Positions 1 through 13,099 of a DNA stretch of 64,000 nt are shown here, piece after piece. The position numbers and the translations under genes are program-made. The notes below the pieces were generated by a model. That model ran no database searches, was not told where the DNA came from, and saw only the letters and a program-made list of their open reading frames with translations. Source of the DNA: Lytechinus pictus (lineage: Eukaryota); NCBI RefSeq assembly GCF_037042905.1, contig NC_087252.1, forward strand, positions 3,846,001 through 3,910,000, written 5' to 3'. The stretch's first letter is position 1. Each line of letters starts with the position of its first letter.

Positions 1-1450
1 CACTTCATTTTTTACAGTGCAGACATAAAATGCTATAATTATCCCATTGCTCAATAAGAGAGCAGCGCTGACCACAATCAAAACCCTTTACAATCGTGTT
101 TGGATAGGAAATATAAGAGTACACTTATGTGAAAAATTTTTACAATGTGAACATTCATAACGTTTTTCTCCCGTGTGTGTTAGCAGATGATTTTGTAGAT
201 TGTTGTATTGTGAAAATTTCTTCTTGCAATGTGGACATTCATAAGGTTTTTCACTTGTGTGCACAAGCAGATGGTTATTGAGATTACTCCTTTGTGAAAA
301 TTTATTTTCACAATGTGAGCATTCATAAGGCCTTTCTCCTGCGTGTGTATTAGTAAATGAGATTTGTCATGACTCTTCTGTGAAAATTTCTTTTCACAAT
401 GTTCAAATTCATAATGTTTTTCTCCTGTGTGTGTAAGCAGATGATGTGCAAATTTCTTTTTACAATACATGTATGAACATTCATTAGGTTTATCACAAGT
501 GAAAGCAGATAAGTGTTGAGAGTACTCCTTTGAACAAATTTCTTTCTACAATGTGAAAATTCATACGTTTTTTTTCTTCTGTGTGTTACAAAATGAGATT
601 TGAGCTGACTTTTAAAAAAATAATTCTTGTCACAATGTTAACATTCATAAGGTTTTTTTCTTGTGTGTGTGTGGAGATGAATTTTTAAAGAACTTATCAA
701 TGCAAATCTCTTTTTACAGAATGAACAGTCAAATTTTTTATCTCCTTTGTGAGTCAAAAGATGGCATTCAAGATCTCTCTTCTGTGAAAATCCTTTCTCA
801 CAGTAGTCACATCCATGCAGTGCATTGACAGATGACCATCCAGACTATTTTTACTCATGAACATTCATGAGATTTTATTCCTGCGTGTGTGTTAGAAGAT
901 TTTTAAGTTACACTTTAGTGAAAATTTCTTTTCACAGTGTGAACAATCATAAGGTTTTTCACTAGAATGGGTTGCAAGATGGATATTTAGATCGGTTTTC
1001 TGTGCGAATTTCTTTTCACAATATGAACAATCATGAGGTCTTTCTCCTGTGTGTGTTAGGAGATGTTTGTTGAGAGCACTCCTATGTATAAATTTCTTTT
1101 CACAGTTTTCACATTCAAAAGGGTTTTCTCCAGTGTGTGTTAGGAGATGGTGTTTGAGAGTAGTCACTTGTGAAAATGTCTTCTCACAGTGTGAACAATC
1201 ATAAGGTTTTTCACCTGTGTGTGTTAGGAGATGGTTGCTGAGAGAACTCCTTTGTGAAAATTTCTTTCCACAATGTGAACATTCATGAGGTTTTTCTTCT
1301 GTGCGTGTTAGCAGATGAGTGTTGAGAGTACTCCTTTGTGAAAATTTATTTTCACAATGTGAACATTCATAAGTTTTTCCTCCTGTGTGTGTCAGAAGAT
1401 GTCTATTAAAGTTACTCTTATCTGAAAATTTCTTTTCGCAATATGAACAT
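1..1450 (-). pseudogene. Degenerate C2H2 finger repeats downstream of zinc-finger block A (probable 3' UTR made of decayed fingers)
   Basis: 84-bp HTGEKP-C-x2-C repeat pattern continues with frameshifts and stops; short ORFs 892-1167 and 180-470 are finger fragments. Confidence 0.8.
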
Positions 1451-2547
1451 TCATAAGTTTTTTTCTCTTATGTGTGTAAGAAGATGTCTATTTAACTTAA
1501 ACGTATGTGAAAATTTCTTTACACAGTATGAACATTCATAGGGTTTTTCACCAGTATGGTTTGAAAGATGGATATTTAGATCGGTTTTCCGAGCAAATTT
1601 CTTTTCACAATGAGAACATTCATGAGGCTTTTCTCCTGTGTGTGTTAGGAGATGTTTCTTGAGAGCACTCTTCTGTGCAAATTTCTTTTTACAGATTTCA
1701 CATTCAAAAGGTTTTTCGCCTGTATGTTTTAGCAGATGATTTTTTAGAGTACTCCTTTGTGAAAATTTCTTTTCACAATGTGAACATTGATAAGTTTTTC
1801 CTCCTGTGTGTGTCAGAAGATGTCTATTAAAGTTACTCTTATCTGAAAATTTCTTTTCGCAATATGAACATTCATAAGGTTTTTCTCCTGTGTGCGTTAG
1901 GAGATGGTTGTTGAGACTACTCCTATGTGTGAATTTCTTTTTACAGTTTTCACATTCAAAACGTTTTTCTCCTGTGTGTGTTAGGAGGTGATTATTGAGA
2001 GTACTCATTCGTGAAAATTTCTTTTCACAATATGAACATTCATAAGGTTTTTCTCCTGTGTGTGTAAAGAGATGAGTGTTGAGGGTACTCCTATATGGAA
2101 ATTTCTTTCCACAATGTGAACATTCATGAGGACCTTCTCCTGAGCGTATTAACAGATGAGTTTTTAGAGTACTCCTTTGTGAAAATCTTTCACAATGTGA
2201 ACGTTCATAATGTTTTTCTCCTTTGTGAGTTCGGAGGTGAATTTTCAAAGAACTTATAAATGAAAATCTCTCTTTACAAAATAAACAGTCAAATTGTTTG
2301 TCTCCTTTATGAGTCAAAAGATGGCATTCAAGATCTCTCTTCTGTGTAAATCCTTTCTCACAGAATTCACATCCATGCAGTTTTCCTCCTGTGTGTAAAT
2401 TGGTTTGTGGAATGGAACATGTGCTTTCACTGGATCTTGGAGATTGATGTAGTCTTTCTCTAGGATGTACTTCATATTGAGATTCACCTTCACCACTTAT
2501 CAAAGAAGATTGTCCTTCCAATTGATGTCCATTGTCACAGATATCTC
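1451..2547 (-). CDS. C2H2 zinc-finger block A (11 finger repeats, third degenerate); probable alternative terminal exon
   Basis: ORF 1451-2557 with tandem C-x2-C...H-x3-H and TGEKPYEC linkers. Minus-strand acceptor cccttaattttctcatgtttcatgtcatcag|GAGATATC puts the exon start at 2547 in phase 1. Confidence 0.85.
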
Positions 2548-2616
2548 CTGATGACATGAAACATGAGAAAATTAAGGGTTTATTTTTAATTCATACTTTC
2601 TGTTGTGTGATCTTAA

Positions 2617-3204
2617 AGGACAAGTCCACCCCAACAAAAACTTGATTTGAATAAAAAGTGAAAAATCCATCAAGCATAACACTGAAAATTTCATCAAAAT
2701 CAGATGTAAAATTAAGAAAGTTATGGCATTTTAAAGTTTCGCTTCATTTCACAAAACAGTTATATGCACATCTCAGTCGGTATGCAAATGAGGAACTGAT
2801 GACATCACCCACTCACTATTTCTTTTGTATTTTATTAAATGAAATATTTTTATTTTCTCGTCATTGTCATGTGAAATGGAGTTTCATCCTCCCTGAACAC
2901 GTGGAATTCCATTATTTTAACATTTTGTGCTTCAGGCAAGGAGGTCCTAATCATCAAATTCATAAAAGTTGAAATATTGTATAATTCAAACAATAAAAAA
3001 CAAAAGAAATAATGAGTGACATCGACTCTCTCATTTGGATGTAACTGGCTCGTTCATATAACTATTTTGTTAAAAATAAGCGAAACTTTGACATGTCATA
3101 ACTTTCTTACCTTACATCTGATTTTGATGAAATTTTCAGCACTGTGCTTGTCTGATTTTTCTCTATTGATTCAAATCAACATTTTTCTGAGGTGGACTTG
3201 ACCT
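2617..3204. mobile_element. Non-autonomous TTAA-targeting DNA transposon (Kolobok-type MITE, 588 bp)
   Basis: TIR AGGACAAGTCCACC / GGTGGACTTGACCT (1 mismatch); TTAA at 2613-2616 and 3205-3208. Paralogous units show the empty site (gatcttaaacattaa near 6995 and 12676). Confidence 0.9.
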
Positions 3205-3649
3205 TTAAACATTAACCAAAATCTAATATTTCTGGGAACAAAAGAAAATGTATCAAATTTAACTCGCTATGACAATTAAAATACATGTATAATGGATCAG
3301 CAAAGATTTTTCTTGTTTGTAAAAGATAGTACAAAGTGTTATCAAAACAAAGTGCAAAATAGTACGAAAAAGTAGAACAACTCCAGTTCTTAATTATCCC
3401 TTTCAGAGAATTCATGAATGTTTGATAGGTTTTCCCACGTGGTTATCTCCAGAAGGGGTGGTGAAAACAAAATCACTTTTTATTTTGTACACTTTTTTAT
3501 TTTACTCTATTAGAACTCATTTTTTTGCAGTGTGAAAATCAAGATGAAAATAACCTAGTTTGGTTTAAAGAAGTGTCCTCATGAAAATCTTGTATAAAAG
3601 ATATTCTCTAAACTTTGCCTTTTCTCTCATGATGTCTTTTATTTACAGC

Positions 3650-5433
3650 ATGGACATTCATAAGGGTTTTCTCCCTTCATTTTGTGTGATAACAATTCAT
3701 TTTTAGATGACTGTATTGAGAAAAAAAAAATGTGAACATTCATAATTTTCTTCCATGTTTGTTGAGAAATTAGATTTGAGATGGTAAATTGTCTAACACC
3801 AGTTCATCTATTTCCATTTTCTTTCAAATCCAGTTGGTTTAATGCCAATTTTTCATTAATTTCACCCCAAATCAGTCCAATTAGATAGCATGGTATAAGG
3901 ACTAAATGGCTATCAGACCAACTGGTTTTTAGACAAATGGTGAATGGACGAAATGACAGTAAGAACATGTGGATAATGGACAATCTGATGGAAGACCAAA
4001 TAATATTAAACAAGTTGGTGTTTGAATGAATTGGGATTACCTGTAGACCAAAAGGAAATAAACTATTGAGATGACTCTTGTGAGAATTTCTTTTTACTGT
4101 GTGAATATTTACAAGGTTTTTTACACTAGTATGTTGACAGATGAACATCCAGATCACTTTTCCATGAAAATTCTTACATGATGAGATCATTCATGAGATT
4201 TTTCTCCTGTGCGTGATAGATGTCTATTTAAGTTAAACTTATGTGAATTTTTTTTTTCACAGTATGAATAATCCTTAATGTTTTCCCCAGTATGGGTTGA
4301 AAGATGGATATTCAGACCGTTTCTCTATGACATTTTCTTTTCACAATGTGAACATTTATAAGCCTTTTCTCCTGTGTGTGTTAGGATATGACTGCACAGG
4401 GAACTCTTCTGTGCAAATCTCTTTTCACAATGTGAATATTCATAAGGTTTTTCTCCTTTGTGTGTTAACAGTTGATAATTTACAGACTTCCTATGTACAA
4501 ATTTCTTTTCACAATCTGGAAATTAAAAAAGTCTTTCTCCTTTGTGTACTACATGTAGCAGATGAGTGTTGAGAGTACTCTCATGTTAACATTTCTTTTA
4601 AAAAATGTGAACATTCACAACGTTTTTCTCTTTTGTGTTAACAGACGATTTTTTAGAATATTCCTCTGTGCAAATTTCTTTCTACAAAGTACACTGTAAC
4701 CATTCACAAGGTTTTTCTCCTGTGTGTGTTACGAAATGAAATTTAAGCCATCTTTTGTTTGAAAATTGCTTTTTACAGTGTGAACATAGGGTTTTTCAAC
4801 AGTATGGGTTGAAAGATGGATATTCAGATTGCTTTTCAGCAATTTTAGTTTTTCACAATGCGAACATTCATAAGGTTTTTCTCTTATGTGTGTGTGTGTA
4901 AAAACAGATTAGTGTTGAGAGTATTACTATATGCAAATTTCTTTTGACAGTATTCGCATTCATAAGGCTTTCTCCTCTGTGTGTAAGCAGATGAGTATTT
5001 CTTTGTGCAAATTTCATTTTACAATAAATGTATGAACAATCATAAGGTTTTTCACAAGTTTGTGTAATCAGATAAGTGTTAAGAGTAGTCGTTTGAACAA
5101 ATTTCTTTCTTAAATTTCTTTCATAAGTTATTTTCTCATGTGTGTTACAAAATGAGATTTGAGCTGATTTTTGAATATTTCTTGTCAGTGTTCACATTCA
5201 CAAGGTTTTCTCTTATGTGTGCTTGGAGATAAATTTTTTAATAACTTATCAATGCAAATCTCTTTTTACAGAATGAACAGTCAATTTTTTTTATCTCCTT
5301 TGTGAGTCAAAAGATGGCATTCAAGATCTCTCTTCTGTGAAAATCCTTTCTCACAGTAGTCACATCCATGCAGTGCATTGACAGATGACCATCCAGACTA
5401 TTTTTACTAATGAACATTCATGGGATTTTACTC
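3650..5433 (-). pseudogene. Decayed finger array downstream of block B, containing a short-repeat MITE remnant (~3800-4050)
   Basis: Degenerate 84-bp finger periodicity; paralogous to ~7430-9296 and ~13100-14900. Confidence 0.7.
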
Positions 5434-6938
5434 CTACGTGTGTGTTAGAAGATGTATTTTTAAGTTACACTTTAGTGAAAATGTCTTTTCACAGTGTGAA
5501 CAATCATAAGGTTTTTCACTAGAATGGGTTGCAAGATGGATATTAAGATCAGTTTTCTGTGCGAATTTCTTTTCACAATGTGAACATTCATGAGGTCTTT
5601 CTCCTGTATGTGTTAGATGTTCGTTGAGAGCACTCTTATGTACAAATTTCTTTTCAATGTTTTCACATTCAAAAGGTTTTTCTCTTGTATATGTTAGCTG
5701 ATGATTATTGAGATGACTCATTCGTGAAAATTTCTTTTCACAATGTGAACATTCATGAGGTTTTTCTCCTGTGTGTGTAAGGAAATGGTTATTGAGAGAA
5801 CTCCTTTGTGAAAATTTCTTTCCACAATGTGAACATTCATAAGGTTTTCCTCCTGTGTGTGTCAGAAGATGTCTATTAAAGTTACTCTTATCTGAAAATT
5901 TCTTTTCGCAATATGAACATTCATAAGGTTTTTCTCTTATGTGTGTTAGAAGATGTCTATTTAAATTACACTTATGTGAAAATTTCTTTTCGCAGTATGA
6001 ACATTCATATGGTTTTTCACCAGTATGGGTTGAAAGATGGATATTTAGATCCCTTTTTTGTGAAAATTTCTTTTCACAATGAGAACATTCATGACGTCTT
6101 TCTCCTGTGTGTGTTAGGAGATGTTTGTTGAGAGCACTCTTCTGTGCGTATTTCTTTTCACAGATTTCACATTCAAAAGGTTTTTCGCCTGTATGTGTAA
6201 GCAGATGATTTCTTAGAGTACTCATTCGTGAAAATTTCTTTTCACAATATGAACATTCATAAGGTTTTTCTCCTGAGTGTGTTAGCAGATGTTTGTTGAG
6301 AGTACTCCTATGTGTGAATTTCTTTTTACAGTTTTCGCATTCAAAAGGTTTTTCGCCTGTGTGTGTTAGCAGATGATCATTGAGAGTACTCATTCGTGAA
6401 AATTTCTTTTCACAATATGAACATTCATAAGGTTTTTCTCCTGTGTGTATCATGAGATGAGTGTTGAGAGTACTCCTATATGGAAATTTCTTTCCACAAT
6501 GTGAACACTCATGAGGTGCTTCTCCTGCGTGTGTTAACAGATGAGTTTTTTTAGTACTCCTTTGTGAAAATTTATTTTCACAACGTAAACGTTCATAACG
6601 TTTTTCTCCTTTGTGTGTTCGGAGGTGAATCTTTAAAGAACTTATCAATGAAAATCTCTTTTTACAAAATGAACAGTCAAATTGTTTATCTCCTTTATGA
6701 GTCAAAAGATGGCATTCAAGATCTCTCTTCTGTGAAAATCCTTTCTCACAGAAGTCACATCCATGCAGTTTTCCTCCTGTGTGTAAATTGGTTTGTGGAA
6801 GGGAATATGTGCTTTCACTGGATCTTGGAGATTTATGATGTAGTCTTTCTCTAGGATGTACTTCATATTGAGATTCACCTTCACCACTTATCAAAGTAGA
6901 TTGTCCTTCCAATTGATGTCCATTGTCACAGATATCTC
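5434..6938 (-). CDS. C2H2 zinc-finger block B (16 finger repeats, 3 degenerate); probable alternative terminal exon
   Basis: ORF 5434-6948; acceptor cccttaattttttcattttttatgccatcag|GAGATATC, phase 1. Confidence 0.85.
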
Positions 6939-7429
6939 CTGATGGCATAAAAAATGAAAAAATTAAGGGTTTTAATTCATTCTTTTTGTAGTGTGATCTT
7001 AAACATTAAACAAAATCTAATATTACTGGGAACAAAAGAAAATGTATCATATTAAACTGGCTATGAGAATTAAAATATATGTATATAAAGATTGTTTTTG
7101 TGAGAGATAGCACCAAGTGTTATTAAAACAAAGTGTAAAATAGTAAGAAAATTAGAACAATTCCAGTTCTAAATTATCACTTTCAGAGGGAGAATTCATG
7201 AATGTTTGATAGGTTTTTCCTAGGGAGTTATCTCCGGAAGGGGTGGTGAAAAAAATATCACTTTTTCTTTTTTCACCTTTTCTATTTTACTCTATTAGAA
7301 CTCATTTTTTTTGCAGTGTAAAAATCAAGATGAAAATAACCTAGTGTGGTTTAAAGAAAAGTGTCCTCATGAAAATCTTGTAAAATATTTTAACTGTGTG
7401 AAAATTTGCTTTTTCTCTCATGATGTCCC

Positions 7430-9296
7430 TGAAGATGTCTTTTTTTACAGCATGGACATTCATTACAGTTTTCTCCCTTATTTGATAACAATTCATTTTT
7501 AGATGACTGTACTGAGAAAATACAAAGTGAACATTCATAAAGTTTTTTCCATGTTTGTCGAGAAATTAGATTTGAGATGGTAAATTGTATAACACCAGTT
7601 CGTCTATTTCCATTTTGTTTCAAAACCAGTTGGTTTAATACCTATTTTTCATTCATTTCATTCATGCTCCCAAAACATTCCAATTAGACCACATGGTATA
7701 AGGACTAAATGGCTATCAGACCAACTGGTTTTTAGACAAATGGTGAGAGGACGAAATGACAGTAAGACCAAGTGGATAATGGACAATCTGATGGAAGACC
7801 AAATAATATTAAACAAGTTAGTGTTTGAATGAATTGGGATTACCGGTAGACCAAATGGAAATAAACCTTTGAGATGACTCTTGTGAAAATTTCTTTTTAC
7901 TGTGTGGATATTTAAAAGTTTTTTTTTTTTACCCTTGTGCGTTAACAGATGAACATCCAGATTACTTTTCCATGAAAATTTTTACACAATTAGATCATTC
8001 ATTAGATTTTTCTCCTGTGTGTGATAGAAGTTGTCTATCTAAATTACACTTATGTGAAAATTTCTTTTCACAATGTGAATAATCCATAAGGTTTTTCCCA
8101 GTATTGGTTGAAAAATGGAAATTCAGATCGTATATCTGTGATAATTTCTTTTCACAATGTGAACATTTATAAGCCTTTTCTCCTGTGTGTGTTAGGATAT
8201 GACTCCACAGGGTACTCTTCTGTGCAAATCTCTTTTCACAATGTGAATATTCATAAGGTTTTTCTCCTGTGTGTGTTAACAGTTGATTATTGACAGACTT
8301 CCTACGTACAAGCTTCTTTTCACAATCTGAAAATTCATAAAGTTTTTCTCCTTTGTGCACTACATGAAGCAGATGAGTGTTGAGAGTACTCTCATGTGGA
8401 CATTTCTTTTAACAATGTGAACTTTCATAAGGTTTTTCTCCTTTGTGTGAACAAACAATTTTTTAGAATATTCTTCTGTGCAAATTTCTTTCTACAAAGT
8501 ACACTATAATCATTTACATGGTTTTTCTCCTGTGTGTGTTACGAAATGAAATTTAAGCCGTCTTTTCTTTGAAAATTTCTGTTCACAGTGTGAACATAAG
8601 GTTTTTCATCAGTATGGGTTGAAAGATGGATATTCAGATTGCTTTTCTGTGATTTTTGTTTTTCACAATGCGAATATTCATTAGGTTTTGTCTCTTAGGT
8701 GTGTGTAAAAACAGATGAGTGTTGAGAGTATTACTACATGCAAATTTCTTTTGACAGTATTCGCATTCATAAGGCTTTCTCCTGTGTGTAAGCAGATGAT
8801 TTTTTAGAGTATTTCTTTGTGCAAATTTCGTTTTACAATGCATCTATGAACAATCATAAGGTTTTTCACAAGTTTGTGTAAGCAGATAAGTGTTGAGAGT
8901 ACTCCTTTGAAAAAATTTCTTTCTCTAATATCTTTCATAAGTTTTTTCTCTTGTGTGTTACAAAATGAGATTTGGGCTGACCTTTGAATATTTCTTGTCA
9001 GTGTTCACATTCACAAGGTTTTCTCTTGTGTGTGCTTGGAGATAAATTTTTTGATAACTTATCAATGAAAATCTCTTTTTACAGAATTAACGGTTAAAAT
9101 GTTCATCTCTTTTGTGAGTCAAAAGATGGCATTCAAGATCTCTCTAATGTGTAAATCCTTTCTCACAATAGGACATCCATGCAGTGCGTTGTAAGATGAC
9201 CATCCAGACTATTTTTACTCATGAACATTCATGAGATTTTATTCCTGTGTGTGTTAGAAGATGTATTTTTAAGTTACACTTATGTGAAAATTTCTT
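7430..9296 (-). pseudogene. Decayed finger array downstream of block C
   Basis: Finger fragments (ORFs 7995-8360, 8634-8843) with stops and frameshifts; paralogous to the tails of B and E. Confidence 0.7.
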
Positions 9297-10579
9297 TTAA
9301 CAGTGTGAACAATCATAAGGTTTTGCCCCAGTATGGGTTGCAAGATGGATATTTAGATCAGTTTTCTGTGTGAACTTCTTTTCACAATGTGAACATTCAT
9401 GACGTCTTTCCCTTGTATGTGTTAGGAGATGTTTGTTGAGAGCATTCTTCTGTGCGTATTTCTTTTCACAGTTTTCGCATTCAAAAGGTTTTTTGCCTGT
9501 ATGTGCTCGCAGATGATTTCTTAGAGTACTCATTCGTGAAAATTTCTTTTCGCAGTATGAACATTCATATGGCTTTTCACCAGTATGGGTTGAAAGATGG
9601 ATATTTAGATCCCTTTTTTGTGAAAATTTCTTTTCGCAGTATGAACATTCATATGGCTTTTCACCAGTATGGGTTGAAAGATGGATATTTAGATCCCTTT
9701 TTTGTGAAAATTTCTTTTCACAATATGAACATTCATAAGGTTTTTCTCCTGTGTGTGTCAGGAGATGAGTGTTGAGAGTACTCCTATATGGAAATTTCTT
9801 TCCACAATGTGAACATTCATAAGGTGCTTTTCCTGTGTGCGTTAACAGATGAGTTTTTAGAGTACTCCTTTGTGAAAATTTCTTTTCACAATATGAACAT
9901 TCATAAGGTTTTTCTCCTGTATGTGTTAGGAGATGTTTGCTGAGAGTACTCCTATGTGTGAATTTCTTTTTACAGTTTTCGCATTCAAAAGGTTTTTCGC
10001 CTGTGTGTGTTAGCAGATGATCATTGAGAGTACTCATTCGTGAAAATTTCTTTTCACAATATGAACATTCATAAGGTTTTTCTCCTGTGTGTATCAGGAG
10101 ATGAGTGTTGAGAGTACTCCTATATGGAAATTTCTTTCCACAATGTGAACACTCATGAGGTGCTTCTCCTGTGTGTGTTAACAGATGAGTTTTTTTAGTA
10201 CTCCTTTGTGGAAATTTCTTTTCACAACGTGAACGTTCATAACGTTTTTCTCCTTTGTGTGTACGGAGGTGAATTTTTAAAGAACTTATCATTGAAAATC
10301 TCTTTTTACAAAATGAACAGTCAAATAGTTGATCTCCTTTATGAGTCAAAAGATGGCATACAAGATCTCTCTTCTGTGTAAATCCTTTCTCACAGAAGTC
10401 ACATCCATGCAGTTTTCCTCCTGCGTGTAAATTGGTTTGTGGAAGGGAATATGTGCTTTCACTGGATCTTGGAGATTGATGTAGTCTTTCTCTAGGACGT
10501 ACTTCAAATTGAGATTCACCTGCACCACTTATCAAAGTAGATTGTCCTTCCAATTGATGTCCATTGTCACAGATATCTC
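9297..10579 (-). CDS. C2H2 zinc-finger block C (13 finger repeats plus one cut by a stop); probable alternative terminal exon
   Basis: ORF 9297-10589; acceptor cccttaattttctgatattttatgccatcag|GAGATATC, phase 1; internal 84-bp finger duplication. Confidence 0.85.
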
Positions 10580-10709
10580 CTGATGGCATAAAATATCAGA
10601 AAATTAAGGGTTTTAATTTATTCTTTCTGTAGTGTGATCTGAAACATGAACCAAAGTCTAATATTACTCTAATATTACTGGGAACAAAAGAAAATGCATC
10701 AAATTAATT

Positions 10710-11513
10710 TTTTTTTACAATGTGAACATTCATTAGGTTTTTCTCCTGTGTGTGTTAGCATATGGCTGTGGAGAGTATTCCTAAGTGCGAATTTCTTTTC
10801 CCCAATGTGAACATTCATAAGGTTTTTCTCCAATGTGTGTTAGCAGATGGTTATTGAGAGTATTCCTAAGCACAAATTTCTTTTCACCATATTTCTTTTT
10901 CATCATTGTGGGTTGATAGATACTTATTTAGATTGCTTTTTTGTGAAAATTTCTTTTCACGTGAACATTCATTAAGGTTTTACTCATGTGTCAGAATATA
11001 AAAAATTCTTTTGACAATATGAGCATACATAGATTTTTCACCAGTATGTAATAGGAAATGTCTGTGTAAGCTACTCCTCTGTGTGAATTTCTTTTCAGTT
11101 TTCACATTCAAAAGGTTTTTTGCCTGTATTTGTTGGTAGATGATCATTGAGAGTACTCATTCGTGAAAATTTCATTCCACAATGTGAACATTCATAAGGT
11201 TTTTCTCCTGTCTTTGTTAGCATATGATCATTGAGAGTACTCCTTTGTGAAAATTTCTTTTCACAATGTGAACATTCATAAGGTTTTCCTCCTGTAGAAG
11301 ATGTCTATTAAAGTTACTCTTATCTGAAAATTTATTTTCTCAATGTGAACATTCATAAGGCTTTTCTTCTGTGTGTGTTACCAGATGAGTGTAAAGAGTA
11401 CTCCTTTGTGAAAATTCCTTTTCACAATGTGAACATTCATAAGGTTTTTCTTCTCTGTGTGGTAGCATGTGATCATTAAGAGTAGTCCTTTGTGAAAATT
11501 TCTTTTCACAATG
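10710..11513 (-). pseudogene. Decayed fingers downstream of block D
   Basis: Finger repeats continue past the TGA at 11514-11516 and accumulate deletions. Confidence 0.7.
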
Positions 11514-12619
11514 TCAACATTCATAAGGTTTTCCTCCTGTGTGTGTCATAAGATGTCTATTAAAGTTACTCTTATCTGAAAATTTCTTTTCGCAACATGA
11601 ACATTCATAAGGTTTTTCTCTTATATGTGTAAGAAGATGTCTATTTAAGTTAAACTTATGTGAAAATTTATTTTCGCAGTATGAACATTCATAAGGTTTT
11701 TCACCAGTATGGGTTGAAAGATGGATATTTAGATCCCTTTTTTGTGAAAATTTCTTTTCACAATAAGAACATGCATGACGTCTTTCCCTTGTATGTGTGA
11801 GGAGATGTTTGTTGAGAGCACTCTTCTGTGCGTATTTCTTTTCACAGATTTCGCATTCAAAAGGTTTTTCGCCTGTATGTGCTCGCAGATGATTTCTTAG
11901 AGTACTCATTCGTGAAAATTTCTTTTCACAATATGAACATTCATAAGGTTTTTCTCCTGTGTGTGTTAGGATATGTTTCTTGAGAGTACTCCTATGTGTG
12001 AATTTCTTTTTACAGTTTTCGCATTCAAAAGGTTTTTCGCCTGTGTGTGTTAGCAGATGATCATTGAGAGTACTCATTCGTGAAAATTTCTTTTCACAAT
12101 ATGAACATTCATAAGGTTTTTCTCCTGTGTGTTTTAGGAGATGAGTGTTGAGAGTACTCCTATATGGAAATTTCTTTCCACAATGTGAACATTCATAAGT
12201 CGCTTCTCCTGTGTGTGTTAACAGATGAGTTTTTTTAGTACTCCTTTGTGAAAATTTCTTTTCACAACGTAAACGTTCATAACGTTTTTCTCCTTTGTGT
12301 GTTCGGAGGTGAATTTCTAAAGAACTTATCATTGAAAATCTCTTTTTACAAAATGAACAGTCAAATTGTTTATTTCCGTTATGAGTCAAAAGATGGCATT
12401 CAAGATCTCTCTTCCGTGAAAATCCTCTCTCACAGAAGTCACATCCATGCAGTTTTCCTCCTGTGTGTAAATTGGTTTGTGGAATGGAATATGTGCTTTC
12501 ACTGGATTTTGGAGATTGATGTAGTCTTTCTCTAGGATGTACTTCAAATTGAGATTCACCTGCACCACTTATTAAAGTAGATTGTCCTTCCAATTGATGT
12601 CCATTGTCACAGATATCTC
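11514..12619 (-). CDS. C2H2 zinc-finger block D (11 finger repeats); probable alternative terminal exon
   Basis: ORF 11514-12629; acceptor cccttaattttctcatattttatgccatcag|GAGATATC. Ends at TGT TGA CAT where other fingers read TGT TCA CAT. Confidence 0.85.
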
Positions 12620-13099
12620 CTGATGGCATAAAATATGAGAAAATTAAGGGTTTTAATTTATTCTTTTTGTAGTGCGATCTTAAACATTAATCAAAATCTA
12701 TACTATTGGGAATAAAATAAAATGTATCAAATTAAACTTGCTATTAGAATTAAAATACATGTATAATTGTTCAGCAAAGATTTTTTTTGTTTTTGTGAAA
12801 GATAGCACCAAGTGTTATTAAAACAAAGAGTAAAATAGTAAGAAAATTAGAACAATTACAGTTGTAAATTATCACTTTCAGAGGGAGAATTCATAAATGT
12901 TTGATAGGTTTTTCCCAGGCGGTTATCTCCAGAAGGGGTGGTGAAAAAAATTCACTTTTTTCGCCTTTTATATTTTACTCTATTAGAACTCTTTTTTTTT
13001 TTTGCAGTGTGAAAATCAAGATTAAAATAACCTAGTGTGGTTTAAAGAAAAGTGTCTACCGGTATGTGAAAATTTGCTTTTTCTCTCATGATGTCCCTG

